Positions 59,399 to 64,000 of a DNA stretch of 64,000 bases are shown piece by piece; positions within the stretch are counted from its first letter, which is position 1; the number at the start of each line of letters is the position of its first letter. The position numbers were made by a program, and so were the translations under genes. The stretch lies in NCBI RefSeq assembly GCF_009914755.1, contig NC_060942.1; one strand, given 5' to 3'. This DNA is from the human T2T-CHM13v2.0 reference genome, Homo sapiens. The notes under the pieces are model-generated. The model worked only from the letters and a program-made list of their open reading frames with translations, made no database searches and was not told the DNA's origin.

Positions 59399-62299
59399 TG
59401 CTCCTGGATGCAGCAGTAAGGCCTAGTGAAGAGGTTGCCGTCCTTTAGAAGAAAAATTGAGACTGTGAAAAGTTTGTGTAACAGTCGCTTAATAAGGAGA
59501 ATTATAATAAAAGTGGTGGTAGAACTTAGAAAACTGTGCCCATATCAAGCTTTCTGGCTAATACTGAGAGGTACAGTCCCACAGGAGTGAATTAAGGAAC
59601 ACAATGTGTTCCAATACTTTGCTGATAATAGCTTCTCAAGAAAATTTAGATGGTTGACAAGTAATCTGGCATATAGAGGTTTCTGTAGAGGCTATGTGGA
59701 ATCACGATACCTCAGGTTATCATGGGAGGGAAGGTCAGGGTGGCCAAATTGAATCCCGCAAGGTATCAACTGCAAGTATGTTTGGATTGTATCACCCATT
59801 CCCCATGACTCCCGACCAATTGCCTGGGAAGCCAGAACTTCCAGAGAACTCCAGTCCCATTAGATACTGCTGAAATTGCTGAGACCTTGCCTTGGACACA
59901 TGACTGAGTACTTGCTGAATAACTGGGAAGAATAAGACAGTCCATGTGCTAATTGTTGAGGCAAAAGAGACGGTTCTTATGACTTTATGACTATGAGAAA
60001 CACAGGTCCATTAAAGTTCAGAAGCAAGAAAAATGCCCAAGGCTCAGAAGTGACTGTGAAGGTCTGAGGTGGGTGCTGAGGTGAGTTCCAACATATGAGG
60101 AATCATTATCCCTTGTTAGTGTTAATCGTCATAAAAGGTAAATAAAATAAAAGAAGAAAAAAGAAAGCACTAATCAACAAAATAATAAATATAGTTACTT
60201 TAAGGAGATATAAACATTAAGAAAGAGGCATGCCAAATATTTGGTGGGCAGTCTTGATTGGAAAAGAATTCTATTCAATAGCATAAGAGAAATGGAACAT
60301 TTACTTTTTAAAATGAATGCAATTATGCAGTAAGTTTAACAAAAGCAAACTTCACTGTGAATGTTTTAGAGGAGCCTGAGCCCTGAAGACATTGGGGTTC
60401 TGATGTTACGATGACCATGTGGATAGAAGGAAGCAATTATTCTTTTTGTTGAGGTAGTAAATACAAGAAAAATTGTACAGGTCAACCAAATGCTAATGAT
60501 ATAGGGAAACAAGAATAAAAATAAGCCAAATTGTGAAATGCTTTTTTGGACTCTTGTTGGTCACTGCAAAAAGAAGAGAAAAAGCAGCAGATATCTGATT
60601 AGACAGGTTCAAGGTCTCTAACAAGACTGAAATTGGGAACTCCATTCGCTGTGGTCCTGGTAATAGGACCTTCATGCTCTTAGCATTATCATGAGGAAGA
60701 TCTCATGCAAATGAATAAACAGCAATTAGGAGCTATTTAGCTCAACCTTGTAGGAAGAACTAGGGAGAAATTTGCTTTGTGTTGTGCTACAGGCAAAGAA
60801 TGGATCCAATGAGGGAAGAATTTGGAGTTGTATGTAAAAGAGCAGTTGAATGAACTTCTTCTGGAGACTTCTAGTCATTACTTCGCTAGCTGATCATGGT
60901 CAGGTCAGTGTGTGCAGCAAATCATACAGTTTGATAACCAAGTTGCATTGCCAGTACTTCCCTTGGGCTTTGCATTGGAAAAAGAAAAGTTCACTTTCAT
61001 TTGTCCTGGAATCAGAGCAATCATTGCATATTGCATTTATAAATTGTCCCAGGGAGACCACTGTGCATTGGGTCTACCTGCATAGATGCTGAGCTCAACA
61101 TTAAAATAGACATTTTTCTTACTACATTGGAATGCCCTACAGTTTCTTTTTCAGTCTCGTTTATACCTTCTCACTATCAAAAACTTAATCTTTGCAAACA
61201 CATAGAATGATTATCCTTTAGATGAAATAACATGTCCAAGAGAATAAAACGTCACTGTGCTTCTACTAGAAGAGAATGCACCAGGATTATGATGACCACG
61301 TGCATAGAAGTGAGCTCTTTTCCTGGTGGATTCCCATAATTGTACAATGTACTGATTTATGCTATATCAGCAGAGATTTTTCACAGTTCCAGAAATGACC
61401 GTGTTAATTCCTAATCACCCATTGAGTATTTACAACTTCCTGCAGAGCATTCTGTCCTAATAAGAATGGATAATCCCTGCTTAAAAATAATTCTGGTCAA
61501 AATTAAATAATAGAAATCCATTCTGAAATACCACTAATAGGCAGTGAAATGCAATTTCTATCTGAGGTTTGAACATAACCATGGCATGAAATGGCTGAGT
61601 GAGGACATATGGATGCAAGTTATGTCAGTAAACTAGTTTCCAATTATGTTGTACTGAGAAGTTTTCAATTCCTCTTTAAGGAAACAACATAAGTGACCTG
61701 AACAGAATCATGATATGCTTGTGATTGGCTTTAACTCAAATATTTGTGCTAATAGAATTTCTCATACCCTTCAGGTTCATAAAGACCTAATATATTTTAT
61801 GAACCTGTAAAGCTATTAAAATAACATTTCTCAGTAACAACATTATACATTCTTCAATTTCACAAATGAAGTCAACAATATAGTTGTGGAATCTGTTATC
61901 AGGATTTGAAAGGTGGTAAGCTCTAGAAATGGTATGATACCTCTTCAATGGTTTCTCTTGACTGTAAAAATTAATAATGACTCAATAAAGATGTTAGATT
62001 AAGAGACTAATGAAAGAGTCTCTATCTTTTTAATTTCCACTTATTCTTCAACCCACTCCAAACTGGTTTCTGTTTACATACCCTGCATACTTTAATTTCA
62101 ATCTGTTCATGTATGGCTTAGATGATACTTAATTTAATACAGTTTTTAAAGTTCTTATCCTGTCCGACATTTAAGCAGTTTTTGACACTGATGGACATTC
62201 TTTCCTTCTTGAATCATTTTCTTTCCCTGGCTTCCAAGATACCCTCGTTTTCTTCCTGTGTATAATATTGATCATTCTCAGACTGTTTTTGTGGCTTTC

Positions 62300-63065
62300 T
62301 TTTCTCAAAGAAAAGATTGTACTGGACAAAGTTAAAGAAGCAAGGAAGACTTATTCAAGGCTATTGCAATGTGGGAGACAGGCCAGAACTCAGTTTTTTT
62401 TTTTTATTATACTTTTAAGTTTTAGGGTACATGTGCACATTGTGCAGGTTAGTTACATATGTATACATGTGCCATGCTGGTGTGCTGCACCCACTAACTC
62501 GTCATCTAGCATTAGGTATATCTCCCGATGCTATCCCTCCCCCCTCCCACCACCCCACAACAGTCCCCAGAGTGTGATATTCCCCTTCCTGTGTCCATGT
62601 GATCTCATTTTTAATGCAGCTCCTGTGAAAGAAATAGCACCAGGGTTTTGAAGAGCTGCAGTGAAGAGGAACTCACAGGCCATCTGTGTTTGCTAAGTGG
62701 CTTAACCCAAAGGAAAAGTAAACTTTCATATATCTTCATAATGGGAGGTATTTTATAATTTGGAGCAAAGTGCCCTCCAAAGTTAGGTTTCTACCCTCAC
62801 ACAGAAACTTACAGATGGAGACACTGTCTTCCTTGGTTACATTTCAAAAGCATGGCTCCAAGGTCCTTGCTAAAGACAATTCTGGACTGTAAAACTTGCA
62901 AGATGAATTTAAGATTTACATCTCAAAGTCCTAGTGAAACAATTTACAAAGTTTTGTAAAGTAAATGCTCTAGGAAAAGGATGGTTCAGGGACTAGAGAC
63001 AGGAAGACACCTGTCTCAAATCTAGTCAGGCTGAGGGAAACATTGAGGTCAGCAGTCCTTTCCAG
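62300..63065 (-). mobile_element. MER67-like ERV1 solo LTR
   Basis: Minus strand begins ...cctcaatgtttccctcagcctgactag...agacagg; caaggaagacttattcaaggctattgcaat near the other end. Confidence 0.65.
62394..62609 (-). mobile_element. L1PA2 3' end inserted in the LTR
   Basis: ccactaactcgtcatctagc, cacattgtgcaggttag and gatctcatt diagnostics; poly-T. Confidence 0.92.
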
Positions 63066-63598
63066 ACATTTGAATTTAGACTTTTGTTTTACAATATTTT
63101 TTTCTTGGTTTCCACTTGGAAACCTTTTCTACAGGCATTCTCATCTATTCCTATGGTTTTATCATACATACTGTAATGACTCCCAAATCTTAATTTCCAA
63201 CCTAGCACCATCTTCTGCACTTCAGACATATCTGTTCAATTGCCTATATCCTGTCTTCACTTCAGCATTTCACAGGCACTTCAACATGCCAAAATTCAAA
63301 TCCTAATCTTAGCATTTGCCCTCATATCTGCTAACTCAAATTAAAATACATTTTCTTCAGCTCCAAGTATAATTCATTACTAAGTACTGTTGATTTTCTA
63401 TCCTAATATCTCTCAAAAAAAAGTTTGTATTTCCTACAAAAATAGTTTGCTATTCATTTTGCCATTGTTTACTTACTAGGCCAATAAATCCACTATGACA
63501 GTGACTCTGGCTTGCCACCCTTACCTCTACCAGGTCTGCGTATACTCACCCCTTCCTCTTCCCTCCACTTCCCCTTCTTTGCTGCACACAATGATATA

Positions 63599-64000
63599 GA
63601 GTCATGTGACATATACCAATGCTTTGATCAATGATAGAATTCATAGTTGAGAGTGGTCCCATAAGATTATAATGAAGCTGAAAAATATCTATGGCCTAGT
63701 GATGTTGTAGCCATGATAATGTCATAGGGCAATACCTTCCTCAGGTGTTTATGTTGATGCTTGTGTAAACAAACCTACTGTACTACCAGTTGTATAGAAG
63801 TATAGCACATACAATTATGTATACTACATAATACTTGATAATGTTCATAAATTACTATGTTAATGATTTATGTATTTGCTACACTATACTTTTTATGACT
63901 ATTTCAGAGGGAACTTCTTCTACTTATGTTTTATTTAGAAAAAGTTAACTGTAAAACAGCCTCAGGGAGGTATTTCAGAAGAAGACATTGTTATGATAGA
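63599..64000 (+). mobile_element. Tigger3 (Tigger3b-like), running off the window end
   Basis: ta|gagtcatg...gtggtcccataagattataat...gtaaacaaacctactg. Confidence 0.85.

Larger units (their letters stand above)
62045..63480 (+). mobile_element. L2 fragments (62045-62265 and 63090-63480), split by MER67
   Basis: aacccactccaaactggtttc, gcagtttttgacactg, gactcccaaatc and ggcacttcaacatgcc. Confidence 0.75.

Noticed and set aside
60706-60713. Octamer motif ATGCAAAT
   Set aside because: Expected by chance in AT-rich DNA; no supporting context.

Overview
AT-rich, repeat-dense primate genomic DNA. It is almost certainly human, because an AluYb8 with the diagnostic 7-bp duplication and a perfect TSD sits at 30331-30642. 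No protein-coding gene, RNA gene or CRISPR array can be supported. The ORFs I can recognise are pieces of L1, Alu, MaLR, Tigger1 or microsatellite sequence; the remainder resemble no protein I recognise. The window contains many L1s (L1MA/L1PB-age up to L1PA2), about 11 Alus, MST/THE1/MLT1 MaLR elements, ERV1 solo LTRs (LTR1/28-like, MER41, MER67), a full-length Tigger1, MER44, Tigger3, L2/MIR relics and a 35-bp minisatellite. I did not find a new biological system. The most unusual signals are footprints of retrotransposition and DNA repair. These include a TSD-bounded L1 insertion carrying ~500 bp of non-L1 DNA between an inverted ORF2 piece and an L1 3' end, and an L1PA2 whose 5' junction is a fold-back hairpin of its own target site. 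A MER44 contains an inverted copy of its own right junction plus flank, and several L1s show twin-priming inversions. Subfamily calls and identities are by eye from remembered consensus sequences and need RepeatMasker/BLAT confirmation.
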